DNA from: Obrimoposthia wandeli
Taxonomy: Eukaryota
Assembly (NCBI GenBank): GCA_977020255.1
Contig: CDROCS010005168.1
Span: forward strand, 1-64,000
Length of the DNA: 64,000 nt
Direction of reading: 5' to 3'
Below, one piece after another: positions 19,963 through 30,656 of this stretch. The number at the start of each line of letters is the position of its first letter. Position 1 is the stretch's first letter. A program made the translations under genes and the position numbers. The notes below the pieces were generated by a model. That model had not been told where the DNA came from. It saw only the letters and a program-made list of their open reading frames with translations, and searched no databases.

Positions 19963-22719
19963 GTGGTTAAGCCAGCTTTGCAAGCAGTACCTAATATCAT
20001 ATTAAAAACAAGCGAAACAGGTATTAAGACAACGTGCCCATATTGCGGTGTTGGATGCGGTGTGCACGTTAGAGAACAAGATGAAAAAATGATATTGAAG
20101 GGTGATGCTCAGCATCCAGCAAATTTTGGTAAGTTATGTATTAAAGGTAAAAATCTATTAGAGACAACAGATAACCAAAATAGATTATCGTCGCCTGAAT
20201 TAAATGGCGTATCTGTGTGTTGGGATACTGCTTTGGCGCATGTTGCTGATAGCTTTACCCAAACTATTAAACAATATGGGCCACAAAGCGTTGCTTTTTA
20301 TGTATCCGGGCAGCTATTAACAGAAGATTACTATTTGGCAAATAAGCTGATGAAAGGCTTTATAGGCACAGGGAATATAGATACTAACTCACGACTGTGT
20401 ATGTCTTCCGCCGTTGCTGCTCATAAACGTGCCTTTGGCGAAGATGTTGTACCAATGAGCTACACAGATATAACTAAAGCTGATTTGGTGATAATAACAG
20501 GGTCAAATTTGGCCTGGTGTCATCCCATTATCTTTAAAAGAATACGAGAAGAAAAAGAAAGAAGGCCTGCGTTAAAAGTGATTGTTATTGATCCTCGACA
20601 TACCGCATCCTGTGAAATAGCTGATTTACACTTACCGATATCGGCTGGTGGTGATTTGGTACTGTTTAATGCATTGTTAAATTTTTTGGCAGACAACGGT
20701 GGCGTCAAAAATAACGTAGGGGCAGGCTTGGACGAGGCCTTAAAGAGCGCCGCTATAGATGCACAGAAGATATTAGCTATCGGTTTGTCAAATAGCGAGG
20801 TTAACCAGTTCTTTAACCTATTTCACAACAGTGAAAAAGTAGTCACTCTGTTTTCACAAGGGATAAATCAATCAGAGCAGGGCGTTGATCAAGGTAATGC
20901 TATCATTAACTGTCATATAGCGAGTGGTAAAATAGGCAAAGTTGGCAGTGGCCCTTTCTCTATTACAGGCCAGCCTAATGCAATGGGTGGCAGAGAGGTA
21001 GGTGCCTTGTGTAATACTTTGGCCAGTCATATAGAATTTACAGACACACATTTATATCCTGCGTTGGAAAGCTTTTGGCAAACTAAAAATATAGCAAAAA
21101 AGCCTGGTTTGAAGGCAGTGGATTTATTTGATGCGCTACACGATGGAAAGATTAAAGCCATCTGGATTATGGCGACAAACCCTGCATTGAGTATGCCTGA
21201 TATTAATAAGGTACAAGCAGCGCTCTCTAAGTGCCCTTTAGTGGTCGTCAGTGACTGTGTGGCAGATAATGATACGTTGTCGTTTGCTAACGTTAAATTA
21301 CCAGCCCATTGTTGGGGCGAAAAATCTGGAACAGTGACTAACTCTGAAAGACGCATCTCTAGACAGCGTTCTTTCCTAAGGCCTTTTAAAGGAGCAAAAG
21401 CTGATTGGTGGATTATTGCTGAAGTTGCCAAGAAAATGGGTTTTGTAGCACCGTTTACTTATCAAGATGAAAGAGCAGTGTTTGCCGAATATGCAGCGCT
21501 TTCAGGGTTAGGAAATAATGGCAGTCGTCTTTTTGATATTTCAGCATTTCAAAAAATAACGCTTTCACAATATCAAAATTTATCACCTACACAGTGGCCG
21601 CAATCTAATAGCGCGATGAAAGTAGTGAATGACCAATTACTTTTTAGCGATAACCAATACAGTACCCCTTCTAAGCAAGCTAACTTGATTGCGGTACTGT
21701 GTCGAAAATTTAGTACGATTAAAGAAAAAAATGAAGTTATTGATATAACAACTCAGCCAATATTTACACTTAATACTGGTCGGTTAAGAGATCACTGGCA
21801 TACTCAAACGCGTACCGCAAAGTCCGCTTTACTATCCAATCACTACCCTGAGCCTTTAGTTGAAATACATCCAGAGGATGCTATTAATTATCATATTAAA
21901 GATCAATCTCTGATTAGTTTGGCCAGTGATTTCGCAACGGTGATTGTACGTGCGAAGCTTAGCTCACTGCAAAAAAAAGGTAACTTGTTTATGCCTATCC
22001 ATTGGACAAGCATACAAAGCGCCCAAGGCGGTGTTTGCCAAATAATAGCCCCTAAGTTTGATGCTATTTCTGGGCAACCTGCATTTAAGCACTCGCAAGT
22101 AGAATTGAAACGCTTTGCAACTAACAGTGAAGCTGTGTTGTTAGTGAAGGAAAAAATAACTAAAAAAATAAGCTTCTATCAAATAGAACAAAAAGTAGAA
22201 GAAGGTTATTGTTATTATTTAGCGAGTAACAGTACGCCTGAGTCATTACTTGAAGATATCAAAAACTATCTTCTAAGCGAAGTATTTGCAAACTACCGCA
22301 ATGCGTTGCAAAGTATTTCAGGGGAAGATAAAAAAACGCAATATTACCGTCACAGTTATTATTTAAATAACGAAGTAGAGGCGGGCATATTTGTTGCTGA
22401 AAATAAATGTGCGTTACCAGATGGGTGGATTAGTCAGTTTTTTAATAAAGAAGATAATAACCTTTCTAAAAGGCGAATACTCTCAGTCAATGTAACACAG
22501 ATGAATGCAGAAAAAGTGTTTTGTCAGTGTCTTAAAATACCCTACTCAGTCATAGAAAAGACATTACAAGGTGATCATTCGTTACAAAAAATACGTGAGT
22601 TAACAGGCGCTGGTAATGGTTGTGGTAGCTGTATTGGGGACATCTCTTTGATGTTGGCGCAACAAAACTATGATTCTCAGATGTTTGGCTGTGTTGCAAA
22701 TAAACCCTGCTCGCTTTAA
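19963..22719 (+). CDS. nasA: assimilatory nitrate reductase catalytic subunit (molybdopterin, 4Fe-4S, C-terminal BFD-like 2Fe-2S)
   Basis: TTCPYCGVGCG...LCIKG, DTNSRLCMSSAV, GQPNAMGGREVG, LNTGRLRDHWHT, CQC...TGAGNGCGSC. Confidence 0.95.
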   Translation: MVKPALQAVPNIILKTSETGIKTTCPYCGVGCGVHVREQDEKMILKGDAQHPANFGKLCIKGKNLLETTDNQNRLSSPELNGVSVCWDTALAHVADSFTQTIKQYGPQSVAFYVSGQLLTEDYYLANKLMKGFIGTGNIDTNSRLCMSSAVAAHKRAFGEDVVPMSYTDITKADLVIITGSNLAWCHPIIFKRIREEKERRPALKVIVIDPRHTASCEIADLHLPISAGGDLVLFNALLNFLADNGGVKNNVGAGLDEALKSAAIDAQKILAIGLSNSEVNQFFNLFHNSEKVVTLFSQGINQSEQGVDQGNAIINCHIASGKIGKVGSGPFSITGQPNAMGGREVGALCNTLASHIEFTDTHLYPALESFWQTKNIAKKPGLKAVDLFDALHDGKIKAIWIMATNPALSMPDINKVQAALSKCPLVVVSDCVADNDTLSFANVKLPAHCWGEKSGTVTNSERRISRQRSFLRPFKGAKADWWIIAEVAKKMGFVAPFTYQDERAVFAEYAALSGLGNNGSRLFDISAFQKITLSQYQNLSPTQWPQSNSAMKVVNDQLLFSDNQYSTPSKQANLIAVLCRKFSTIKEKNEVIDITTQPIFTLNTGRLRDHWHTQTRTAKSALLSNHYPEPLVEIHPEDAINYHIKDQSLISLASDFATVIVRAKLSSLQKKGNLFMPIHWTSIQSAQGGVCQIIAPKFDAISGQPAFKHSQVELKRFATNSEAVLLVKEKITKKISFYQIEQKVEEGYCYYLASNSTPESLLEDIKNYLLSEVFANYRNALQSISGEDKKTQYYRHSYYLNNEVEAGIFVAENKCALPDGWISQFFNKEDNNLSKRRILSVNVTQMNAEKVFCQCLKIPYSVIEKTLQGDHSLQKIRELTGAGNGCGSCIGDISLMLAQQNYDSQMFGCVANKPCSL

Positions 22720-22819
22720 TGTTCGATATTTTAGCGGATGACTCTCGTGTATTTATATATCGTCACTTTCAACATGACATTATTATTTAGGCAGTACGTT
22801 GGTATTGTAAATACGCCAT

Positions 22820-23178
22820 TAGTTATCGCTAACCCGAAGAAGTACTCATGAACAGGAGCAAGTGTGGATCACCCGGCTATTATCGTTATGCCCTTGAAAT
22901 ACACGCCAAGTTAAAGCAGCACTGGTGCTTAAGTGAATATTAATGAAAAGGCAGATCGCTTTTTACCTGCTCTTGTCACTTAAATTTCAGAATTTATCTG
23001 ATTTGTAAGAAGGTTGTTGCGATAACCTCTCCGTTAAACCTGATCTTCAATATTTAGTTCATCTAACTTATCTCTCGTGTCTTTTGAGCTATAAGCTGCA
23101 TTGGTAAAAACTTCGCTTCATCACTCAATATCAAAGGGTTTCGCTCTGGCTGTCATGAACATTATCTGGAGTGACTCT
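22820..23178 (-). mobile_element. degraded IS5-family transposase fragment
   Basis: Minus strand VTPDNVHDSQ...[frameshift]...TNAAYSSKDTRDKL...DQV*RRGYRNN...EI*VTRAG resembles IS5 DDE segments (NVHDS; D-x-A-Y; RKGYRN; TRA); stops and a frameshift are present. Confidence 0.65.
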
Positions 23179-23568
23179 TTACCATTGCCCACCACGCCCT
23201 ATATTTGTGTGATGCTAATAATGTGGTGGCTACTACCAAAGCTTACCTAACCCGATGGCGGCTATCAATTACACTGATCTAATGCCTACTTTGCATACGC
23301 CATCATTACGGATATTGGTCAAATGGGTTTTCAGGGAAATCTTATTTTGGCGGTGGTTGGCGAGCCATTAGCTGTTGCATTGACGGTTGTTTCTGAACAT
23401 CGGGTAAGAAGTTGGCAGCCTTGGTTGGGAATAGTTGTCGCTGTTGTACTGACATTACTGGGGTTGCATTTAGCGTTGGTTCCAGTGTTGACTATTCCTT
23501 TTGTGTTAGCGATGTGGGTAGTAATTACCTTGGAGAGGTTGAAATTAGGAAGAAGAAAGACAAAGTGA
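23179..23568 (+). pseudogene. urea transporter (UT/Yut family) remnant
   Basis: LPLPTTPYICVMLIMWW, then stops, then DIGQMGFQGN ... LVPVLTIPFVLAMWVV. These resemble the repeated UT signatures (GQxxFQxN; PvLTxPFvLxxW); internally deleted. Confidence 0.55.
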
Positions 23569-23743
23569 CGCTTTGCCATTGTTTATAAGGCTGTAAGCGC
23601 TTATTTTCGTTGCGAAGCTGAATCAGCTCCGCTCGTTCATTAATAGAAAGTATACCGTCGAGGCTCAATTTCTTGTGCTTTGCAATCCAGTTGTAGAGTA
23701 TCTTAAGTGATTATCGGCTTAGATAACTAAGCCAATAAGTGGT

Positions 23744-24211
23744 TTACACTCTATTAACTTTAGCGGCATAACAACCTTGTTTAGCAAAATGCAGGTGAAT
23801 GTATTCAGCTGTTTCATCATTTAGCATATCAAAAATTCTTACTGCAATATCAGCACCTTGTGCCAAGTCTGCATTTATCATCATATGCTGCTTATTAAAA
23901 GCGCGTAATGATATAATTCGCTGGGTAATCATCTCAGGTATTTGGTTTTTCTGGGGCGAAGCTTCCTTGACATTTTCTCGAATATAAATAGCGTGGCTCG
24001 CTTGAAAAGGACTAGTGTCAGGCAAGTGTTGATAGCTTACTAACAAAACTTTGTCGCCAATATCTGCATCTTCAAGGCTAATACGACAAGGTGTGTCATG
24101 CTTTTCAGTGACCCATTTGCTAACAATGTTACGCTCTTTTAGCTCAGCATCACTTAAGCTAAAAAGATGCTGAAAAGATTTTTCTGGTAAAGCCGAGAGT
24201 TGAAAGTTCAT
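23744..24211 (-). CDS. DUF1203 family protein
   Basis: PCRISLEDA..GDKVLLVSY, PFQASHAIYI, SLRAFN, EYIHLHFAKQGCYA. Confidence 0.85.
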   Translation of the reverse strand: MNFQLSALPEKSFQHLFSLSDAELKERNIVSKWVTEKHDTPCRISLEDADIGDKVLLVSYQHLPDTSPFQASHAIYIRENVKEASPQKNQIPEMITQRIISLRAFNKQHMMINADLAQGADIAVRIFDMLNDETAEYIHLHFAKQGCYAAKVNRV

Positions 24212-24515
24212 ACTATTATCCCTAATTAATTTTCTCTAACTTAGTGAATAACAAGTGTAGGGAACACCCGATTCTTGCTCAAATCCGAAATGAATTGTAA
24301 CGATTAGCTTAATTTAGGCCGTTTATAACGCTATGAAACCTATTACATGGGTAGAAACTATTTACCTATTAGAGAACCAAGGCTACCTATTAACAGTGCA
24401 GTGCAGTCGCTGAGAGTTGAGTTTGAGGATGCAATCTAAAAAGTAAGCAATAAGACTTCATCATCTGCGATCATACACTCCATTTTTTAAGTGGAGTAGC
24501 CTATATCGAATACCA

Positions 24516-25415
24516 TTAAGGTAAAGCACTATCGAGTTTATAAAACTCACAAACGAAATCCCTAAATAATTGGTGCGATTGTGCTAAGTTGACATTTTTG
24601 TGATAAATCATATTCATATCTAATGATTTATAGGAAAAGTCTGTAGGCTTTTCAATCTGTTTTAAACGCTGCTCAGTCAATTCTTGTGCGACAAAAAAAT
24701 CTAAAAAAATACCTACTCCTAACCCTGCTAATACAGCGTTTTTGTAACTGTAAGCATCGTTGATTGCAGTGAAATCAGCCAGTGGTTTTTTAATACCAAT
24801 TTTATGTAAATACATCCTTAACGTTGATAAATTCACATAGGAGGGTATCAGCAATTCATCACGAATTAGATTTAGCATTTGCTTGGGGTTTAAATCTATT
24901 AGCATCTTCTCGGGAGCACAGAGTACGGTTTGCGAGCTGAATAGCCGTTTTGCGCGCATTTGAGAGTCGTTTAAAGAGCCACCTCGAAAGGCGAAATCTA
25001 TATCATTTTTTAGTAAATCTAGGTTCTTGTTTGACACATGAATATCTAGTTTTATCTGCGAATACCGATCACTGAATGCAGTTAGCATCTGCATAAATTT
25101 ACCTTGGGTTAATACTTGAGATACTGTGATTCGAAGTATCGTGTTGAGTTCGCTATTTCCTTGTAAAAAGGCATCTTCTGCTTGTGCTAAGCTTTGTAGC
25201 ACGCGTTTAGATTCACGGTAAAATTTTTTACCTTGAGCTGTTATACGCATGTACTTAGCATCGCGAATCACTAGATCTACGGTGTAGAATTGCTCTAAGG
25301 TTGATAAATGTTTACTGACGGCAGAAGGAGATATATTTAAGTAGTCTGCGGCATTTTTTAAACTGCCTTGCTCTACAATCGCAATATAGCTTTTAAAATA
25401 GGTTAACTTGTCCAT
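24516..25415 (-). CDS. LysR family regulator
   Basis: GSLKNAADYLNISPSAVSKHLSTLE HTH; probable start MDKLTY at 25415; divergent from the lactonase gene. Confidence 0.9.
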   Translation of the reverse strand: MDKLTYFKSYIAIVEQGSLKNAADYLNISPSAVSKHLSTLEQFYTVDLVIRDAKYMRITAQGKKFYRESKRVLQSLAQAEDAFLQGNSELNTILRITVSQVLTQGKFMQMLTAFSDRYSQIKLDIHVSNKNLDLLKNDIDFAFRGGSLNDSQMRAKRLFSSQTVLCAPEKMLIDLNPKQMLNLIRDELLIPSYVNLSTLRMYLHKIGIKKPLADFTAINDAYSYKNAVLAGLGVGIFLDFFVAQELTEQRLKQIEKPTDFSYKSLDMNMIYHKNVNLAQSHQLFRDFVCEFYKLDSALP

Positions 25416-25510
25416 AAGATTCCAAAAATTCACTTTGATAGTGATTCTAAATCACTTTTTGTTAACTGCAAGTAGTTTTATAGTTATCTCCACTTTATGG
25501 AGGACGAAAA

Positions 25511-26389
25511 ATGATAGTTAAACAAATAGTAGCTCTAAGTACAGCAGCACTGGCACTCAATTTTGGATTAGCCAATGCAACAACGATCACTATGGAACAG
25601 CTTAAAGCACCAACTAATAGCCAGTTAAAACTGTATGTACTTGATTGCGGAAGGGTCTTGGCACGGGACCTGTCTATCTTTAATCCTAATATAGATAAAG
25701 GTGTCGCTATGGATATGGCGGTGCCTTGTTATTTAATAAAGCACCCTACGCAAGGGATGCTGATGTGGGATGCAGGGTTAAATGATCAGTTAGCTAACAA
25801 GCCGCAAGGAGAAGATTATTATCAAGGAGCTTTTAACTTGAAAGTGAATAAAACGATGCGAGGCCAGTTAGAGAATATAGGAGTGAGTGCAGCAGATATT
25901 ACATATTTTGCCCCCTCACATTTACATGTGGATCACAGTGGTAATGCTAATTTTTTTAATCAGAGCACTTTGCTTATACAGCAGAGTGAATACAAGGCAG
26001 CCTTTTCAAAAGAGGCTGCTAACTATGGCTTTGACATCGAAAATTATCGAGATTTGAAAGACAGCAAACGTATCGAGTTACAGGGGGATTATGACGTGTT
26101 TTCCGATGGGTCCGTATTGATTCTAAGTACACCTGGTCATTCACCTGGTCATCAATCTCTCTACCTGAAGCTACGTGAAACAGGTAATGTTATTTTAAGT
26201 GGTGATTTATATCATTTTGAAAAGAACCGTAAAAATTATGGTATCCCAATATGGAATGATAAAAAATCGACCATTAACTCCTTCGCTAGAATAGACAGTA
26301 TTCTTGATAAAACTAAGGCGACGTTATGGATACAGCACGATCCAGAACAAGCAAAAAAGATTAAATTGTCACCTGAATTTTACCGTTGA
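25511..26389 (+). CDS. N-acyl-homoserine lactonase family metallo-beta-lactamase-fold hydrolase with signal peptide
   Basis: HLHVDHSG (HxHxDH), TPGHSPGHQSL, SGDLYH, terminal HD; Sec-type N-terminus ending ANA. Confidence 0.85.
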   Translation: MIVKQIVALSTAALALNFGLANATTITMEQLKAPTNSQLKLYVLDCGRVLARDLSIFNPNIDKGVAMDMAVPCYLIKHPTQGMLMWDAGLNDQLANKPQGEDYYQGAFNLKVNKTMRGQLENIGVSAADITYFAPSHLHVDHSGNANFFNQSTLLIQQSEYKAAFSKEAANYGFDIENYRDLKDSKRIELQGDYDVFSDGSVLILSTPGHSPGHQSLYLKLRETGNVILSGDLYHFEKNRKNYGIPIWNDKKSTINSFARIDSILDKTKATLWIQHDPEQAKKIKLSPEFYR

Positions 26390-26480
26390 GCATGGTGTTT
26401 AAAAATGCTTCTTGAGTACCAAAAAAATTTAGTGATAAGAGGGTGTGTTTTGTTTTCTATATAACACAATGATTTTGTTA

Positions 26481-26518
26481 TGAAATCACACGCTATTGTA
26501 TAAAAGCGTGTGCTTTTT
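26481..26518 (+). terminator. probable terminator after the lactonase gene
   Basis: CACACGCT-N10-AGCGTGTG followed by CTTTTT. Confidence 0.55.
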
Positions 26519-27038
26519 AAGATACTCCTCTTACGAACATTTCGCGTTAAATATCTCATAATAGATTTAAGCGAAATGTTTACTTTGTCTCATTGAGGTA
26601 AATAACCTCGGACGGGATAATAGCTGTCTCAATAACAACTATTTTACCGTAAACCCTGAGGTTAATGTTCTATATCCTTTATCTAAGTTTTAAACTGGAC
26701 ATTAGTGACACTACCAGTGTCTGCGGGAAAAGGCCTAAAGCCACTCATTCGCCGCTCTCTTCCAACAGTTTATTTCTTTTTATATTTGGAAGTCGGTTGG
26801 TATGGATTTCGAAACTGACGTCTTTTTAGGTGCTCACCAGCCGTCATATTATAGCCCTTGCTCTAGGGCTGTTTGCGCCTCTTGGATAAGCCAAGTGGTA
26901 AAGAAAACCAAATTGGTTATTGATAATAAATGACTGGGTTCGACCGTTTCCAAACAACTCGTCAGTGACTTCAGCGAGCCTCTCTTTGTTTTGTAAAACT
27001 TATGGATTAATCGGCATTGTCATTTGTTACCTTTCTTT

Positions 27039-27086
27039 ACAGACACCTGTCACCAGCATCTGATGATGCTGGTGACAGGTGTCTGT
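27039..27086. repeat. perfect 22-bp-arm hairpin (REP-like)
   Basis: ACAGACACCTGTCACCAGCATC-tgat-GATGCTGGTGACAGGTGTCTGT. Confidence 0.85.
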
Positions 27087-27129
27087 TTTGTGGATAGGTG
27101 TTCGGTTATTGATTGAACAGACAACTCAA

Positions 27130-29655
27130 TCAACTGGGCAGGTACTCTTTACTCCAGCTTTCACTAAGGTCACCACTGTTTATGAGTGAATCTATTGCCG
27201 CTGCTTCATAACCCAGTTCTGCAAGTACTTGGCGGGTAGACTGGCCAAATTTTTCCGGACGCGAAAGAGCAATCACAGCACTGCGCGTTGGACGTACCGC
27301 ATAAGGATCAAGTTGGGTGACTTTGTGCCCGCTTGGATGATCTTCAAAAACCGAAAAAGAGAAACTTCCTCGATCTATACCCGATGTGTCATCAGCGGGT
27401 CGGCTGTAATTTACTCGAAGTGAATCGATATTTTCACAAACCACCGCACCGATATCTGCCGCCTGAAGCCGCTCTACCCAATCAGAGCCACTCGCCCCAA
27501 AAAAGGCATACGACAGAAATTGCGCTCTGTCTGCAACAGTAATATCGGTAAATCCTTTGAGACCTTCAACTAGCTCTAAGCGAGGTATGTCATTTTCATA
27601 AACACTCAACAGCAAATGCTCACCTGAGGCGGTGTAATAAAATCGGGTGAGTGCATCGTAGCCGCTGACTTCACGCCCAGAAGGTTCGTCAAACAAGCCC
27701 CGCTTGTGATAGTCATAACAAAACGGAATCTGTAATAATGCGCTGTTCGACGTCAGTGACGTTCTACCTCGGCCAACACGACCCGTTTTGTATTTTTGAT
27801 AGAGGGCTGTGGCAACACTCATGGCCCCGCCAAAACCGCACATAACATCAATCGTACCAACATGGGCATGCTCTTCGGGTGAATCCATTGCGCCACCAAA
27901 TCTAAGCATGATCCCCGTAGACGCCTGAACGAGGTCATCGTAGCCGACGAAGTTGGAACAGGGGCCTCGATTCACGCCACTAAAGCAATCCAACTTACAA
28001 AAAATGGCATCCGGGTTTAATTCACGTAACCGCTCGTTATCAAGCCCCATCTTTTTCACTTGAACATCCGGTGCATTCCAAATAATAACGTCGACGGATG
28101 CAACCAGTTTTTCAAAGACCTCTCGTCCCTTTTCTGATTGTATATCCGCTAGAATCGAGCGCTTTCCCTGCATTTGTGACATGCCGTAGATCACCGTATT
28201 CCAGCTATCATACATAGGCGTTGCCGGTTCTAGTTTGATAACCTCGGCACCGAACCGAGCGAGGTAGCAAGCAGCGTGGGGTCCAGCGATGACATTACAG
28301 AGATCAAGTATCTTGACTCCCTCAAGCCAACCGCTGTTATCATCAAAGTTGCTGATCGCCGGCAGTTTGGTCTTAATAGACTTAAACGCTCGCAGTGCGG
28401 TATCGAAGTCCACCCATTGGCGTGGTACTGGCGTCAGCATCTGCTCGCCGCTTTCTTCTAACCAAACGATCGGGCCTGGCTGGATCATCATTCCATATAC
28501 AGGGTCAGCCACCTCAATCATTAAACCCGCGGTTTCTGCGTAGTCATCGTGAATCCATTCTTGTAACCAACGCTGCGGAGCGCCTGGAACCCCTGCTTTT
28601 CCAAAAAGTTTTTGCCACTCTTTTGAGGTTCGGGTTAAAATAACTTCTTTCATTCTATCCGCGATCTTATCCGCCCAAAATTTCGGCATCGGATAAACAC
28701 CCAGTGAAGTATCTGTCCCCCATTCGGAATAAGTTAAATACGTATCATCTTCCTCAGTCAATCCTTCAGCGACCAATTCATCGTAAATATCTAACACGTC
28801 AAGACAGCGTTTTGCATGTTTATTATGGCTTGGGCAAACCACGTAAAACATGCGCCCATCTTTACACATATAGCTACGATAAAAAGGGTCCATTAGCTCT
28901 TGGACAACGTCATATCCGACATTCATTGGCAGTCCTTCAATCCTACGCCGAGTAATCTCTTGTTCTCGTTGAGTAAGATAGCGCTCAGGCAGCCCTTCGA
29001 TATCAATGGAGTTGTAACATAGTCCCTCCATAGCGGCTGCAGCGAGCGGCACTTCTATGGAATCACCTAGCCCCGACTCTTCTCGTGCCTGAAGTGCCAT
29101 CACAACAGATGACCCACCAAGCATGGCACCATAGGCTGAAGGCAACGGCAGAGGAGAGAATGATGGGTTGACGCCCATTAACACTCTATTGAGGCCCATG
29201 TCAGTAAACACCCCACAACTTGCCGATATAACGCTCTCATAAGCTCGCAAATCCCGGCGCAGCTCGTCGTTAGAAGCAAAGCCTGGGATCGAAAGTGTAA
29301 TTAATTGGGGGCGTTCCTTTCTAAGCACACTAAAATCAATGCCAAGCTTTGCCATTTTTCCAGGTCTAAAACCTTCAATCACGACATCACTGGCTGCAAT
29401 CAACGTTTTAGCCTGAGCGAGGCCCTCTTCAGTTTTTAAATCTAAATTGATAATCAACTTATTTCGATTCAAGATTGCGTTAGCTGGATTATCCCAGCTA
29501 GGACCATTAGGTGGATCTATGTGAACAACCGTTGCACCTAGGTCAGCCAACATCATCGCTACCGCTGGCCCAGCAATATACTGCCCGAAATCAACGACCT
29601 TAACTCCAGTTAGAGGTAATTTGGATGGTTCATTACGTGTCATATTATTCTCCAA
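27130..29655 (-). CDS. dddD: tandem-domain class III CoA-transferase, DddD-type DMSP CoA-transferase/lyase
   Basis: Two CaiB domains, 841 aa; segments typical of DddD as recalled (PANAILNRNK, GFASNDE, RVLMGVNPSFSPLPL, DGRMFYVVCPSH, GYDD catalytic region, PEEHAH, DHPSGH, EYLPS). Confidence 0.85.
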   Translation of the reverse strand: MENNMTRNEPSKLPLTGVKVVDFGQYIAGPAVAMMLADLGATVVHIDPPNGPSWDNPANAILNRNKLIINLDLKTEEGLAQAKTLIAASDVVIEGFRPGKMAKLGIDFSVLRKERPQLITLSIPGFASNDELRRDLRAYESVISASCGVFTDMGLNRVLMGVNPSFSPLPLPSAYGAMLGGSSVVMALQAREESGLGDSIEVPLAAAAMEGLCYNSIDIEGLPERYLTQREQEITRRRIEGLPMNVGYDVVQELMDPFYRSYMCKDGRMFYVVCPSHNKHAKRCLDVLDIYDELVAEGLTEEDDTYLTYSEWGTDTSLGVYPMPKFWADKIADRMKEVILTRTSKEWQKLFGKAGVPGAPQRWLQEWIHDDYAETAGLMIEVADPVYGMMIQPGPIVWLEESGEQMLTPVPRQWVDFDTALRAFKSIKTKLPAISNFDDNSGWLEGVKILDLCNVIAGPHAACYLARFGAEVIKLEPATPMYDSWNTVIYGMSQMQGKRSILADIQSEKGREVFEKLVASVDVIIWNAPDVQVKKMGLDNERLRELNPDAIFCKLDCFSGVNRGPCSNFVGYDDLVQASTGIMLRFGGAMDSPEEHAHVGTIDVMCGFGGAMSVATALYQKYKTGRVGRGRTSLTSNSALLQIPFCYDYHKRGLFDEPSGREVSGYDALTRFYYTASGEHLLLSVYENDIPRLELVEGLKGFTDITVADRAQFLSYAFFGASGSDWVERLQAADIGAVVCENIDSLRVNYSRPADDTSGIDRGSFSFSVFEDHPSGHKVTQLDPYAVRPTRSAVIALSRPEKFGQSTRQVLAELGYEAAAIDSLINSGDLSESWSKEYLPS

Positions 29656-30230
29656 AAAATCTATATTTCAATTTAACAGCAGCCAAACACCTTACCCAGT
29701 AGCGCTAAAGTGGGGCTTCAGAGGGGGGCGCATGTACCTTTCAGAATATCTCCTGCTGATTCAAGGAAACCTTGCAGATTAAAACTAGTCTCATTATCAT
29801 CAAAAATTGCATCGCCATAATTTTCTTACTCAAGCATCAAGCTACTATTTCCATATTGCTGCATCCAGATTGCAGTTGCCGGAAGCGCTAAATGTAATTA
29901 TTGTGCCGAAATTTTCGGTGGTATTTTTATGCTTAGCGTCTCGCTAGTGTCCATACACATTTATTTTAATAAGTACCATTTGGTGGCGATTAAGTTATAT
30001 GAGAGGCAACATAGCGGGGGATATTAAGAGTGAATGCAAAAGCTAGCCAGCAATAAAAAGGGCCCCTGAGACACGCTTTTTTTTATAGGTGCATCAGCCC
30101 GATCTTAGAAGCAGAATAATCGCTTATTCGCAACTACCCGACGCAGAGCGCAATGAATATTATTTAGTTTTTTTGGGGGGGTATTATTGCTGCGATCGTT
30201 AGCTCTGCTGATTAGAATGCGCGGCGCATC

Positions 30231-30293
30231 CATTTGGCTGCTGAACAAGGTTTTGGCAATATACGGTATAGTCTTGGGTTTATACATGTAAGC
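30231..30293 (+). pseudogene. possible Sel1-like repeat remnant
   Basis: HLAAEQGFGNIRYSLGFIHVS resembles the Sel1 consensus AAEQG.a.AqynLG; no intact ORF around it. Confidence 0.35.
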
Positions 30294-30656
30294 TCATGAC
30301 TGTCCGGTTTGATTTTTATTGCTCTGTAATTCATTGATTCGGTGCTAACGACAAGTGTTAATTTGTTGGAGAATACCTCTTCAGTCATAACAGAGAAGCA
30401 CAAATCAATGAATTAGAGGGCTCACATTTTTTAACCGGACAGTAAAGAAGTACTTCAAAACTATGCTCTCGCCTACCTGCTAGGCAATATTGCGCCATCC
30501 AGTGGTTATTCCCGAAAGCTTCGAAACTTTGCAGCTATCGGTTTTTTTGTTTTCGGTGAACAAGAAGAAAGATTTGCCCCACTACCCTATTAAATGTAGT
30601 AAGTGGGTTATTGTATCGATTATGCTAATAGTTAGATAAGTCCTATAGGCTCAGCC

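Noticed and set aside
26536-26580. Imperfect hairpin AACATTTCGC...GCGAAATGTT
   Set aside because: Single copy, no U-tract, no assignable function
26740-26800. Minus-strand KYKKK*TVGR resembling a transposase YxxRxxVER motif
   Set aside because: Too short and degenerate to support an IS call
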